Shown here piece after piece: positions 46,201 to 57,241 of a stretch of 64,000 bases of DNA. Both the position numbers and the translations under genes were made by a program. The stretch covers positions 39,308,001 through 39,372,000 of the forward strand of contig NC_083229.1 of assembly GCF_032191835.1 (NCBI RefSeq), written 5' to 3'. The DNA comes from Heteronotia binoei. Taxonomy: Eukaryota. The first letter of the stretch is position 1. Every line of letters begins with the position of its first letter. The notes under the pieces are model-generated. The model was not told where the DNA came from and did not search any database. It worked only from the letters and a program-made list of their open reading frames with translations.

Positions 46201-49200
46201 ACTGTGCAAGGTGCGTGAATTATCCAAATTAAATTAATAACGTATGTTTAATCATTCTGTTCCAGTTAGCCATGGAAAGAGAACTGTATGGTATTAAACA
46301 TTTAACCATACAAAGAAAGGTGTCACAGTTTGGAGGAACATTTCACTTTACCAAAAAAAAAAAAGACAACTAAGAGTAACATGACAGAAGTTTATAAAAC
46401 TAAGTTTGGAGAAAGCATATTGGAGTCTCCTTCCTGCCCTAGGTCTGTTCAATAATTCTAGAACTAAGTGGATTCAGTTTGTACAAAAGAGCTCCATGAA
46501 AATTTGTGGCATTCACTGACATCAAATGCAGTGATGGTCTGACTTGGATGGGGAGGCTAGCCTGATCTGCCTGGTCAGATCCCAGAAGCTAAGCAGGGTT
46601 GGACCTGGCTAGTATTTGGATGGGAAGGCCAGGGTTGCTATGCAGAGGCAGGCAACGGCAAACTCCCTCTTTTTAGTCTCTTGTCTTGAAAAGTCTAAGT
46701 TGCTATAACCTAGTAGCACTTTACACCACCACCCTCACCAAGATGCAGTGATGCCTTGTCTTAAATGCCTTTTAAAAGATTTGAAAAATTCATAAACGTA
46801 TAGGGCTGTCAGTGGTGTAATGATGCATGCTGGCTAAATGGCATTTCCCTGAGGTGGTATCCTTTTGGTTACCAGTGCTAAGGGTGGAGATGTAACATTT
46901 CCAGAACTTTTGAAGCTAAGATGGGGGGGGGGTGGAGATTAATGTGCAATACTTACTTTCCTATCAAACCTAAACTTTTCACTGATTTAGCAGCATTCAG
47001 TGCTGTTATTTATAAAATAGTTAACATAGAAAGTTATACTAGCTGGCACATTTATGGAATTTAAAAGTATATCTTTGTTTCCTATAAGAAATTGCAAATA
47101 TACCTAATGCTTGAGATGGAGTTGCAAACTGCAGCATCTTGTGCCCCTTTAGCATGTGCTGCTAAATGTGCTGTATAAAACATTGAGTTCTCAGTAGGCT
47201 GGGTTGTTTTCAGAACTGAATTGTTTTGCTAGATAATGTGACTGCAGAATGCACCTAGAATTATGTTTTGTTTAATGGGGTCTTTTCTAATTGCTTTTAC
47301 CATAGCCTAACGTTGCTTTGTGATGAAGTCCCTTCTCTCCCTCTCTCTCTCTCTTTTGATTTAATATAGCCTAATTATCCATTCAGTTATGTTTTCTACA
47401 TACAGTTTTCAAGGGTGACTTCCCAGCCAGAGCAGCTTACCAAGTTGCAGCTCTGCCAAAAGTAAGTGTTGTGTTTCAGTAACACTGGATGTAAACACTC
47501 TTCTATTATTTATGTATTTATTTGATTTCTAGACCAACCTCTCCCAAAGAGCTCAGGATAATGTACACCATTTGTAAAAACATACAATAGCTAATTTGAA
47601 AACGTATAAAATGCAATAGAAAATTTAAAAGCATCAACCACATCAGACATCAACCAACCAGTAATTGGTTGGGGGGGGGGACCAGTAACAAATTATGTGT
47701 ATACAACTGCTTCCACTCCTTTGGATTCATAATTAGTGGCAAAAAAGTAGGTTTGCACTACAGAACTCAAGTAGACCTGATTGGGTTAAGTCAGCGGTGT
47801 CAAACTCATTTGTTATGAGGGCCAGATCTGACATCAGTGAGACCTCGTCGGGCTGGACCTTGTGTGTCATAAAACGTAATGTCACGTAGCAGAGATGCAA
47901 ACTTTATAAAGAGCACAGACAAACACAAAGATTTTTTCAAAACTTGAAATAAAGCATGCTTAAAACATTAGCAGTCTTGTAATATTTTGTTTATTTAACA
48001 GTCTCTGGTAACTGACACCTCTTCTGAATTATTGCATCAAAATATGGAGACAGTAGGTGCATTAACACTACACTAAATAATGCATTTTGCAACTGGATTT
48101 TTACTGTGTAAGAATATCAGAAATCCAGTTGCAAAATGCATTATTTAGTGAAGGGTGAATGCACCCCAATGTCTGTGCTGTAGCAATCTTGAGTATAATG
48201 TTCAGGTGTTGTTCATGAGAGCCAGTTTGGTGTAGTTGATAAGTGTGCGGACTCTTATCTGGGAGAACCGGGTTTAATTCACCACTCCTCCACTTGCACC
48301 TGCTGAGATGGCTTGGGTCAGCCATAGCTTTCATAGAAGCTGTCCTTGAAAGGGCAGTTGCTATAAAAGCACTCTCAGCCCCACCTACCTCACAGGGTGT
48401 TTGTTGTGGGGGGGTGGAAGGTAGAGGAGATTGTGACCGCTCTGAGATTCAGAGTATAGGGTGGGATATAAATCCGAAATCATCTTCATGTGTGTATCTG
48501 TAAGTTGCAATCCTACTTTTGATTTATTGCCATTCATTACAGAAATCTCATGGTCAATTCTCTGTAACCTGGGACCCAGGGGAAAACATGAAGTGGCTGG
48601 GCATTGTGAGTACATAAGTCGCTTCATGAATACAGTGAAAAGGAGGAGGGAACCCAGCTGCACCCAGGAAAGCCCTGACAAAATCAGCTTTGAAAGGGGA
48701 GGATGGCTGAAGAAAACACTGAGAACAGAGAAGGAGGAAGGGAAGGCAAAAAGCTCTTACCTTGAATAAAACTGTGTTGGTTTTAAAGGTGCTTTTTGTA
48801 TTTCTCCAGTGGGATTGAGGCAGCTGAGCAAAGCAACCTCTCCTCACTCTTCCTTCTTCCCCAAGGGAGGGGGAGAGAGGAGTCTCAGCCAATAGAGGAG
48901 CTTGGCTCTATAGCTCTGCTGTGTGATTGAGCTGTGCCATGCTATCTTAATCACATAGCAGAGCTACAAAGCCAAGCTGTTTCATTGGCTGAGACTTTTC
49001 CTGCCTCTCCATCCCTTGAAGAGGAAGAGGAAAAGAGTGAAGAGAAGCTGCTTTGCTTGGCTGCCACAATCCTACGGCGGAAAACAAAAATGGTGATGAC
49101 AAGCAGAAGAAAGGGAGAAGGAAGCAGATCATGCCAGGCTGTATAGAAGCCCTCTGGGGACTGGATCAGGACCACAGGCCAGACATTTGACACCCCTGGT

Positions 49201-49810
49201 AAATTTAATATCAGAATTCATACTGTAATGTCTTGCTGTAATGGGGACAGAAAATGCCCACAAGTAACATTATGCTTTGTATGGCCTAACGGCCTGGTCC
49301 TGTGACCTGCTGGAGCCATACACATTCTGATCTTTTCTTTTAAATGGAGAAATGTTTTCTACCTGCCAGTGCCTTTAAAGAGGCATAGAAATGGGAGCTC
49401 CAATATATTCTTCAAGGTGCACATGATACTACTTTTCTCTTCAGTTGTTCTTCTATATGCACAGAGTATCTTTAATGGACGCATCTCAAATGAAGCTCTT
49501 CTCCTCTCTAGTTAGAGCTTACCATTCGATTCTGCTTACTGTATCGCCTGATCCTCATAGATATCATGGTGCAGTGGTTAAGAATTCAACCTTGACCAGA
49601 GGAAAAATGAGTTCAGGTTCATTCTGCTATTGGGGAAGACGTGGAGCATCACATCACAGTATTACTGTGAAAACAAAACAAAATGTGGAAAGCACTTTCT
49701 AATGTACTTACCTGAGATCTTCCTTGCAGGGGGCATGTGTTGAGATTGAAGCTGTTGCCATCACTGGACCACTCTGTGATGCCAAGTATGATGCTAAAGG
49801 CAACCTTTAG
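34156..49810 (+). CDS. RIDA: RIDA (HRSP12/UK114) 2-iminobutanoate/2-iminopropanoate deaminase, 6 exons, 432 nt, 143 aa
   Basis: Exon lengths 65+106+55+69+56+81 = 432 nt, all GT-AG. Rid-family residues Y21, G35, N61, N93, R107 and E122 are retained ([20 protein letters not shown]). Confidence 0.97.
35060..35283 (+). mobile_element. CR1 LINE 3' tail with internal (GT)n/(TA)n
   Basis: 'gcttcaagaggggGTTAGATAAA...ccatcagtggctattagcc...gatccaacatggcttctcttatgttctta' is a typical reptile CR1 end. Confidence 0.8.
35824..36523. mobile_element. Tc1/mariner-superfamily (Tc2/Kanga-like) MITE with an internal double hairpin
   Basis: Left end ta|cggtatttttcggaccataagacgcac; degenerate right end 'cttatggaccgg|ta'; TA flanks. 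Confidence 0.65.
37122..37260 (-). mobile_element. Penelope-type hammerhead repeat copy (degenerate)
   Basis: Minus strand reads ...catgcacacaaaagct...cagaataaaatttggttggttcttaaagatgccactggattcaaac. Confidence 0.7.
37640..38225 (+). repeat. Three degenerate tandem Penelope-type units (~226-254 nt period)
   Basis: Each unit ends GGTG(T/C)CAC(T/A)G(G/A)ACTCAAAC (37719, 37973, 38199); hammerhead-like core at 38134-38171. Confidence 0.65.
38319..38602 (+). mobile_element. Sauria-type SINE, full length
   Basis: Same family as 21181-21482. Confidence 0.9.
40430..40660 (-). mobile_element. Squam3-like tRNA SINE
   Basis: Reverse complement of the same family. Confidence 0.75.
41258..41400 (-). mobile_element. 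Penelope-type hammerhead repeat copy (degenerate)
   Basis: Minus strand reads ...catgcacacaaagcttattcccagaattaaacttggttggtcttcaaggtgccaccggactcaaac. Confidence 0.7.
41780..42340 (+). mobile_element. L2 LINE 3' fragment (degenerate)
   Basis: [11 protein letters not shown] and '...caattcaaggtgttggttttgacc...' resemble the end of L2 ORF2; tail tgtaagctgccttga. Confidence 0.6.
43073..43178 (+). CDS. RIDA: RIDA exon 2
   Basis: catcttag| [35 protein letters not shown] |gtaaaa. Confidence 0.96.
43558..43612 (+). CDS. RIDA: RIDA exon 3
   Basis: ccattag| [18 protein letters not shown] |gtgagt. Confidence 0.96.
44674..44910 (+). mobile_element. Squam3-like tRNA SINE
   Basis: 'gagagccagtgtggtatagtggttaagagctgtggactctaatctggagaac...gggatataaaaaccaactc'. 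Confidence 0.8.
45031..45099 (+). CDS. RIDA: RIDA exon 4
   Basis: cttgtag| [23 protein letters not shown] |gtaagt. Confidence 0.96.
45438..45870 (+). pseudogene. RPL35A: RPL35A processed pseudogene in RIDA intron 4
   Basis: Intronless, disabled translation (I)TGRL*SKATF...[24 protein letters not shown] / [27 protein letters not shown] / [17 protein letters not shown]. Pyrimidine-rich 5'UTR-like leader; AATAAA at 45851. Confidence 0.95.
46370..46830 (+). mobile_element. CR1 3' fragment interrupted by a 5S-derived SINE (46555-46725)
   Basis: CR1-like 'catgacagaagtttataaaa...gatgcagtgatg...ttaaatgccttttaaaagatttgaaaaattcat'; the insert resembles 5S rRNA (gatcccagaagctaagcagggttggacctggctagtatttggatggga). 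Confidence 0.65.
47406..47461 (+). CDS. RIDA: RIDA exon 5
   Basis: catacag| [19 protein letters not shown] |gtaagt. Confidence 0.96.
47792..49198. mobile_element. Longer copy of the same hAT family with nested insertions
   Basis: Ends align with 18135-18729; contains a hairpin (48056-48165) and a SINE; no clear TSD. Confidence 0.7.
48217..48490 (+). mobile_element. Squam3-like SINE nested in a hAT-type element
   Basis: Same family. Further older or partial copies at ~11800-11950, 16590-16800, 26993-27122, 29150-29360, 34285-34410, 34585-34720, 53955-54170 and 59940-60100. Confidence 0.8.
49730..49810 (+). CDS. RIDA: RIDA exon 6 coding part
   Basis: ccttgcag| [26 protein letters not shown]. 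Confidence 0.95.
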   Translation, partial: GACVEIEAVAITGPLCDAKYDAKGNL

Positions 49811-50338
49811 CCCAGCAGCTTGGAACTGGTCATCTCTTCCAGACTCAGATCCTACATGAGTTGTTCTGAATACAAGGAGTTAATTCCATCCCACCCACTG
49901 CTGCTATTGTGTCCTATTAAGGTTCTAGGCTGATGCACAATTTGGTAGGAATGACGCTTCTTGTAGAACTTAATGTCACAAGCTGTTTGGAGAAGGTTTT
50001 ATTGCTTCAAATAGTATTTTGATGGATAGGCACTAGTGATTTATCCAGATACTGTGAATAGAATTTTGATATAATTAATATGGAAACTTAGTTGTGACCC
50101 TTAAGAGGCAAGCTGGCATTACGTTATTACACTATGTAATCAAACCTTTTTAATAAGAAAAAAGTAATGAATGTTACACTAGAATTACAGTAGTACAGAA
50201 CTAAATATTGGTAGACTTAATGTTACCAATTTACCTGATATGCTTACCTCCATCTACTAGACAAAGTAGTGTTCAAATATGCAAACATCTTTTTAACTCA
50301 CGTTTTCAGCCCTGATTTATGTATTTTGATGAGATTTT

Positions 50339-50344
50339 AATAAA
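50339..50344 (+). terminator. Candidate RIDA polyadenylation signal AATAAA (second candidate at 50620-50625)
   Basis: First AATAAA noticed after the RIDA stop, ~530 nt downstream. Confidence 0.5.
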
Positions 50345-51133
50345 ACAGCATTATATAACGTATCATTTGAGCCTTAATTTTTGATGAGAGCTATGTCTGT
50401 TTTCCAGTATCAGCCTTTCAAGAATATAAAAACCTGCATTGGTGCTTCCTTCATGTTGTACTGCATCATTATTTTTTGGTCTTCTGTAGCTATGTGTCAC
50501 TGAGATAATGAAGTAATTTCAGGTTACTTGTAAACTTGCCATTTAGAAGACTGTTTAAGCAACATATTTGATGGGTTGTAAAGAGTTATTTTAAGCCAAC
50601 CAGTTTGTGGAATTCAGGCAATAAACAATGATGAAACCTGTCCTCTGATGCAAGGAGCATTCCTTTATTTCAAGACGCTTTTGTGACAGAGGAAAAGTGT
50701 AGCAACATACATGTTACATTAAGTGTTTTGTTCCTTTATGATGGAGTGCACTCAGACTATAATCCAAGTCAGTTTACATATTCAATGTCCAATGTTTATT
50801 TTATTGTCAACCTGGAAGTAGTTTAGACAAATCTTGGCTCAGTGGTAGAACACACATTTTTGCCTGCAGAAGGCTGAGCATTCAATTCCTCTTTCAGGGA
50901 CAAGGACTAGAAAAGTCCTTTCTCTGCACAAAACCCTTAGAGTGGCTGGCAATCAAGTAGACAAGTAACTCAGTCCATAGGTAAGCAAATATAACTTATA
51001 CACATACTATTGACAATCCCTTCTCCCAATACTAAACCATTTGGATGAAGGAAGACAAATGTATTTTATATTAAACTTGCTGTTCTAAATATAGGAGGGG
51101 GTTGGGTAAAGACCTTATTATCAAGATTTCCAC

Positions 51134-51389
51134 CTAGAGACAAGTTAGTTCCTACCTGGTTTACAAGTAGGTAAGTGCAGGCCCGTAGCCAGCAGGGAAG
51201 CACCGAGGGCAGTGGCTCTATAGAATCTGCAGCATCCCCACTCGATTTTCCCTAATCTTGCCATTCAATGAAAGGGATGACTGGGGGTGCTGAAGAGTCT
51301 ATAGGGGACACCACCCCCTTGCCTCCCCTGCTGGCTATGGTCTTGTACTTACCTACTTATAAACCAGGTAGGAACTAACTTGTCTCTAG
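51134..51389. repeat. Nested inverted repeat: ~45-bp outer arms around a MITE-like core
   Basis: ctagagacaagttagttcctacctggttta(c/t)aagtaggtaagt and its reverse complement; inner TIR-like ggcccgtagccagcaggg / ccctgctggctatggtc. Confidence 0.8.
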
Positions 51390-54340
51390 ATATGCCTGTG
51401 ACAACGACTCTATGTAACCTGAAGGTCAGTCTTTATCGAGAAGCTTCTTGTGTGTTTTAAGTGCCATCAAGTTGCTTCTGACTTATGATCTCCCTATGAA
51501 TTAATGACCTCTAAAGCAACTGGCTGGTTCTCAGATTGTCACGAAAGATTCCAAAAGCAATAACCCAGCCAATAGCGTACTTAGACCACTTCAGTGACAA
51601 CACAATGGCACAAGTTCCATCCATTGCAGCACTTTATTTCAGCATTTAAGATCAGGGTGTCAACTTGCAAAATGAAGACAGTTTGCTGCAGACTACTTCA
51701 AAAGGCACAAAAACAAGCCATATTAAACATATGATTGTTGATCAATGCATATCTAGCGTGTGTCCTATATAGTACATCACTGCCCTGGATTCAAAGGTTC
51801 CTGCTCCAGTCCCAATATGGAAATGATTAACTTTCCTCAAGTTTACAGACTTCTTCAAGCCATGAAACTATTATAGTCACATGGTGAACAGCCCTGTTTT
51901 TAAAAAAAGATGTAAAACTGACTGCTACCATTTACAGTTACCATTTTAAGACTAAAAATAAGGAAATCAAAGGATGTTCTTATCATACTTTCACATAGCT
52001 TTCAAATAGCAAATAGAATCTGCAAGTGTATTTGGAGGGAAAACCTAGTCGAGAAAAGGTCCCAGAAAGGCACACACTAACTGAACACAGCTTAACTTTA
52101 TTGGTTGCAATTTTTACCTCTGAAGAAACTAAATCCTGTAGGCTGTGAAATGCAGTATTCAACTTTAATGCAATTAGACTCTTAAATTATCTGTGTGCTA
52201 TTATTTCATTAAAATATATTACTTTTTAAAAAAGCATTATCACTGCATTATAATAGTGATCAAGTATATTTAATTGCTGTGCTAAATAAATTATTTCTCT
52301 TGTTCCTTTTTAATGTACAGAAGTGTTGATCTTAATTGTTGAGGATGGCTATTTCTTCCCATTTTTAAAATAGATGCATCTGCCCAAATTAGAGTAGCAA
52401 TATTAAGCCCTAGCTACTGTAAACATATATGAATAATTGAAGCTTCACACAAGAATTGTCCTAGTACATAAACAGATTGTGACTGTAAGATTGCATCAGA
52501 ACCCAAGTACTTTTATCCCAGTTTAGAACGCTGGGGGAATTAATATGATTTTAAAATGCATGCAACTTATGTAATTCACCTATTTTAGTTAAGCTATTGC
52601 ATCGCAACATACAGTTCTACTCAAATGAAATTTACAGAAGGCACTATACGGCAAATTTGTTAAGGTTCAACATTGCAATTCCTCAGTGATGTCTTGGCAA
52701 CTTGACTTCCCAAAATAAAATCCTTTCTCCCCTACTGCTCAAGTTCTCATGGCAAGTCCGTAAAAACTTATAAAATCCAGATTTTTCTCAAATTGGAGTA
52801 ATAGTAATTTGAGTACCTAAACAAAGATGAAGTCCATGCAGAAACCATGATTCACTCTTCATTATTAGTAGCTTCTGTAATATTAAAAAAATTCTATAAG
52901 GACTTTTGTATAACACATTTTAGGAACAGATATTTGAAATGAAGATGAATCAGGAATTCACCCAGCAGGTATGATTCCACTAGCCATGTGCATTTTTGAG
53001 TGTCTTAACAGGGCTGTAGTTAATCCAATAGCTTTCAGGTGACCCATGTCTACTTTAGAGATATTCTACCTAAACTGTCATCTGTAGACTGAGACTTTTA
53101 CATTCATAGTTGTCAGAGTAACCACTGGGAGAGCGCAAGCTTCAACAAGAACACAGTCCTGGATTAAAAGAACATTCACTCACAGTCCTGTTTTTAAGAA
53201 AGTGAGGATTCCCAAAATAATGCTTTGAGCATTATAAACTGAGCATTTTCCTGCTATTTGGGGGTTAATCCCAGAAACTAGTTTTCAATACAGTTAAGAT
53301 GAGGCCTTCAGTTTCACAGAAAGGAAATATATCCCATCAAGGGTGAGTGATGGAAATTAAAGAACTGTGCTTTGGCTGTAATTTTAGATCTTGCATGAGT
53401 GATGAACCCTTTTGCTCTCCTTTTCATCTGTTCTTTTTGTCTCTCATCAGCCTGTACTTCGCTTTGTCCTCCTTACAGCCAAGAAAATAAGCTCCCAAAC
53501 ATCTACCCATATCAGAGTCCTCACTGCCCAAGCAAGATGCCAACAAAAGAAGCAGAGTAGGGGTGGGGGAATCCCAAATCCTCTATGCAGTAATAAAATA
53601 TGTTTGGCAAACAGTAACTATGGGATTAAACATATTTAATTAAGCTGCTTATTTTCCAAGGCTACGTCCTTCAAAACATATTTTCCAGCAGGCTTATCTA
53701 CTATGGGAAACTTAGGAACAAACTAGGTGCAAGAGCAGCAGCAGCAGATCAGTGTGTAAGCCTGGAGCACCCCAATAATGCAGGAGGAGGAGGACAGACG
53801 GCTGGGCTCCCATACAAAGACAAAGGATGCAGCTGGTATCTACATCACTCACCCCCACACCTCTTGCTGTGCAAATCTTATCTAACCCCCCCCCCCACAG
53901 TGCAGTAATGGGCAATCTTGCTATAACACATTTTTGGCCTTTATTCAAGGGAAACCCAGCTGGTGTGCTGTAGTGCTTAAAAGTGTCAGACTAGTATTTG
54001 GGAGACCCAGGTTTTTAATCCCCACTCATGCCAAAGAAGCTTGCTGGGTGACCTTCACATTCAGCCTAACCCACAGGGTTGTTGTGAGGATAACATAGAA
54101 GAAAGGAGAATTATGTAAGCAGCTCTGGGTCCCCATCAGGAAGAAAAGTGGGTTATAAATGACTTAAATAAATAGTAAAAATATAAATAAATATAGATAT
54201 TGTAAATATACATGCAACAAGGAAGTCATTTGCAGGATGCTGTTTAAACATCTATATTTAAATGGGAGTAGCAACTCGAGTTGCTAACAAAAAGGTTAGA
54301 AATGTCAATACAGCTTGCAGAGCTCCTAATATTTAGCCTT

Positions 54341-54468
54341 TCACTTCTCCGTCAACATACCTATCTCTGTTGCTGCTGTAGCTTCTCCTGTTTCTTCTTC
54401 TTTTGTTTCAGAGCCCTCACTTACTATCTCAGAGTGCATCTCAGTTTCCACCTTTTCTCCCATCTCAC
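54341..54468 (-). CDS. ERICH5: ERICH5 C-terminal exon
   Basis: gttccag| [42 protein letters not shown]; closely matches human [37 protein letters not shown]. Confidence 0.88.
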
Positions 54469-54703
54469 CTGGAACAGTAACCATAGAGATCGAGTCAGGG
54501 AACACTGAACAAGCATTGAGTGCTGCAGCACCTTACAGGACGACATTCTCCTATGACTTGTGCTTTCCTTTAACTTCAGCAAGGACAAAAACTGCAGGGA
54601 CAGATTCAGCATCTGCCAGTTGCTGAGCAGGCATTTGCTGTGTTCACTAGTAAATCTATCACTGCCCCGGCTTAAATTTACTGCTCTCTTAATTATTCGG
54701 ATA

Positions 54704-54995
54704 GGCCCTGTGGCACAGAGTGGTAAAGCAGCAGTACTGTGGTCTGAACTCTCTGCTCACAACCTGAGTTCGATTTTGGCGAAAGCTGGATTCAGGTAGA
54801 TGGCCCAAGGTTGACTCAGCCTTCCTTCCGAGGTTGGTAAAATGAGTACCCAGCTTGCTGGGGGGAAAGTGTAAAAGACTGGGGAAGACAATGGCAAACC
54901 ACCCCGTAAAAAGTCTGCTGTGAAAACATTGTGAAAGCAACGTCACCCCAGAGTTGGAAATGACTGGTGCTTGCACAGGGGACCTTTCCTTTCCT
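54704..54995 (+). mobile_element. Sauria-type SINE, full length
   Basis: Same family. Confidence 0.9.
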
Positions 54996-55928
54996 AATTA
55001 TTCAGCTTAGTCTCTTAATTTATTTTTTTAGAAAAGCACAATATCATGTTAATAAAGATAGTATTGCTAAAGCCCATGACGTGAACTTTGTCCTTGTGAA
55101 CGAACACAGTCAGACAGGGACCTTGATGTAAACAGAACTCTCTTTCATTCAAGTGTCAGATTAGTTTGGATGACCCTGAGGCCTTCACTAAATAAATACA
55201 ACTGCGTTTGCTACTCCATGTTGCCCACACCATATCAAAGTGAAACAGGAGGATATTTTAAAGGAAGATAGTTATCAAGGTAAACAGTCAATAGGTTTGG
55301 AGTCAGTCTTCATCCTTTCACAAATGTTGGGGTCAAACAGTGGGGAGTCATTATCACCTTTATACTTTTCAGAGGTATCCTTCTAGTTACAGTTTTATTC
55401 AGGATGCTGGACAAGCAAGAACACTGATTTAATACAGCAAGGCAGTTTTTCCAGACAAAGTTATATTAGTGTGACACCAAGCATTCATAATCTGATAATG
55501 TTGTAGTTTAAATTAATTATACCAACGAAATAACAGGGTATTTTGACTGAGCTGTCTTGGAACTGACCTGGTTATTTTGATGTTGTCAAAATAAGTTTAA
55601 AGAAAGTTCTATAAGCCACACAGTTTATTCTTCTACAAGTTCCCCACTATATAGTTATCATAAGTAGTATACACTCCGTTTGGGAAAGTGCCTGAAATGG
55701 GAGTGTAAGGAAAGTGAGCAGTGAGCTCATTCGTTCTACAGAACTGTTAACAGATCTCACTAGACAATACTCATAATTCTATTATTTACAAATGCTACAC
55801 ACAATCCAAACTCACTGGACAAGATTCTGCCCTCAGATGTTCACGTACACCACCATCTCCACTGAGCTCAGTGGAATTTGAATATAGCTCAGAACCTGAC
55901 TTTCTGAATCTGTAATAACATTGGTTAC

Positions 55929-56423
55929 CCTCAATTAGCTGTTCCTCTTCCTCTATCTGCAATTCCTTCACCATTTCTGTTACAAGATTAAAGTCTTCCT
56001 CTGCTGTCACCAAAGGTTCAGGTGTGCTCCCCTCTGTTGGTCTGACAAGTTCAGGTTTAGCGTCCTGTGTAATTTCTGGAGGCTGAGCATTGGCAGCTTC
56101 TGTGATGGAAACAGGCTCATCACCCTCTGTTAGTTCCACAGGTTGAGGCTCACTGGCTTCTACAAGGCCTGTAGGCAAAGGCTCACCCCTGCTGAACTTC
56201 TCTTCCGGTGCCACTGGCGGAGGTTCTGTACCTTCTGGGTCTACTCTTTGACAGGCAGAAAGAGCACATTTTGTTATTTCTGGAAGCAAAACATCTGCCT
56301 TCTCTTGGGGAAGATTCTCACTTAATTTTGTTCCATCAGATGCAAGATCTACTTCATCCATTCCTCCAAGTTTGGTCTGGTCAGGTATGGTTTCATTTTC
56401 ATCAGTGAGGGGTGAATTGTCAT
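55929..56423 (-). CDS. ERICH5: ERICH5 large acidic exon (exon 2; acceptor position uncertain)
   Basis: Glu/Pro-rich open frame ending ...EEEEQLIE G|gtaacc (human ...NEEDQRIEG). Phase 1-1 if the first available AG (56425-56424) is used. Synteny with RIDA and POP1 supports the call. Confidence 0.8.
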
Positions 56424-57085
56424 CTGATGTAGCAGTGTCATTCATTATGCATTTTAAAGAAGTAGAAGAAGAAAGGGAGGGGAGAAGTAAAGTTATTATT
56501 GAGAAAGTTCAGCAGTGAATTCACATTACTTCTTAGTTATTGTGTGGTGGTATAGAGTGTGTTGGGCAAATATCTAGGAGGATCCAGGTCTAAATACCCA
56601 CACTGCCGGTATCAGATTTTTAATGTTTATACCCCCAGCTTCTACATATCTGCTGATATGACCATTATTCTTTTATGTACATATCTGAATGGATTAATTA
56701 CAAATGCGACAAAGGAGATATACCATCACCTCTACCAGCTTCAGGATTACTTTTTGGCAATCCTGATTACTATGATTATCGTGGTGCACGTTAATTGGAA
56801 GAGGTTCTCATACATATGCACAACTATGCGTGTTTCTCACACACAGCAGAAAGCTCCTTCTATCTGGGTGTTTAGGTACCAGCTGGGTTTGATGTTATTT
56901 CAGAGAGATTTATTTTTAAAACATAAATGAACTTTCATTTGTACACGGAGTTTAAATGGGCAGATAGTTTCCTTTCGCAGACTAATTTGTTTTTGGAAGT
57001 CTGCTTATTTCTTGAATAGCTACTGGCTGCTTTTATTTTGTTTCTTTTGATAGCGTTTTGTGCAGAGTTATATGCAAGCTATTTT

Positions 57086-57241
57086 NNNNNNNNNNNNNNN
57101 NNNNNNNNNNNNNNNNNNNNNNNNNNNNNNNNNNNNNNNNNNNNNNNNNNNNNNNNNNNNNNNNNNNNNNNNNNNNNNNNNNNNNNNNNNNNNNNNNNNN
57201 NNNNNNNNNNNNNNNNNNNNNNNNNNNNNNNNNNNNNNNNN
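57086..57241. other. Assembly gap (156 N)
   Basis: Run of N. Confidence 1.

Noticed and set aside
55795-56445. 216-aa ORF as a stand-alone gene
   Set aside because: Explained as ERICH5 exon 2 plus intronic read-through beyond the donor at 55928.
56559-56930. 123-aa plus-strand ORF next to ERICH5 exon 2
   Set aside because: Possibly a decayed LINE 3' end, but no motif could be confirmed; not protein-like.
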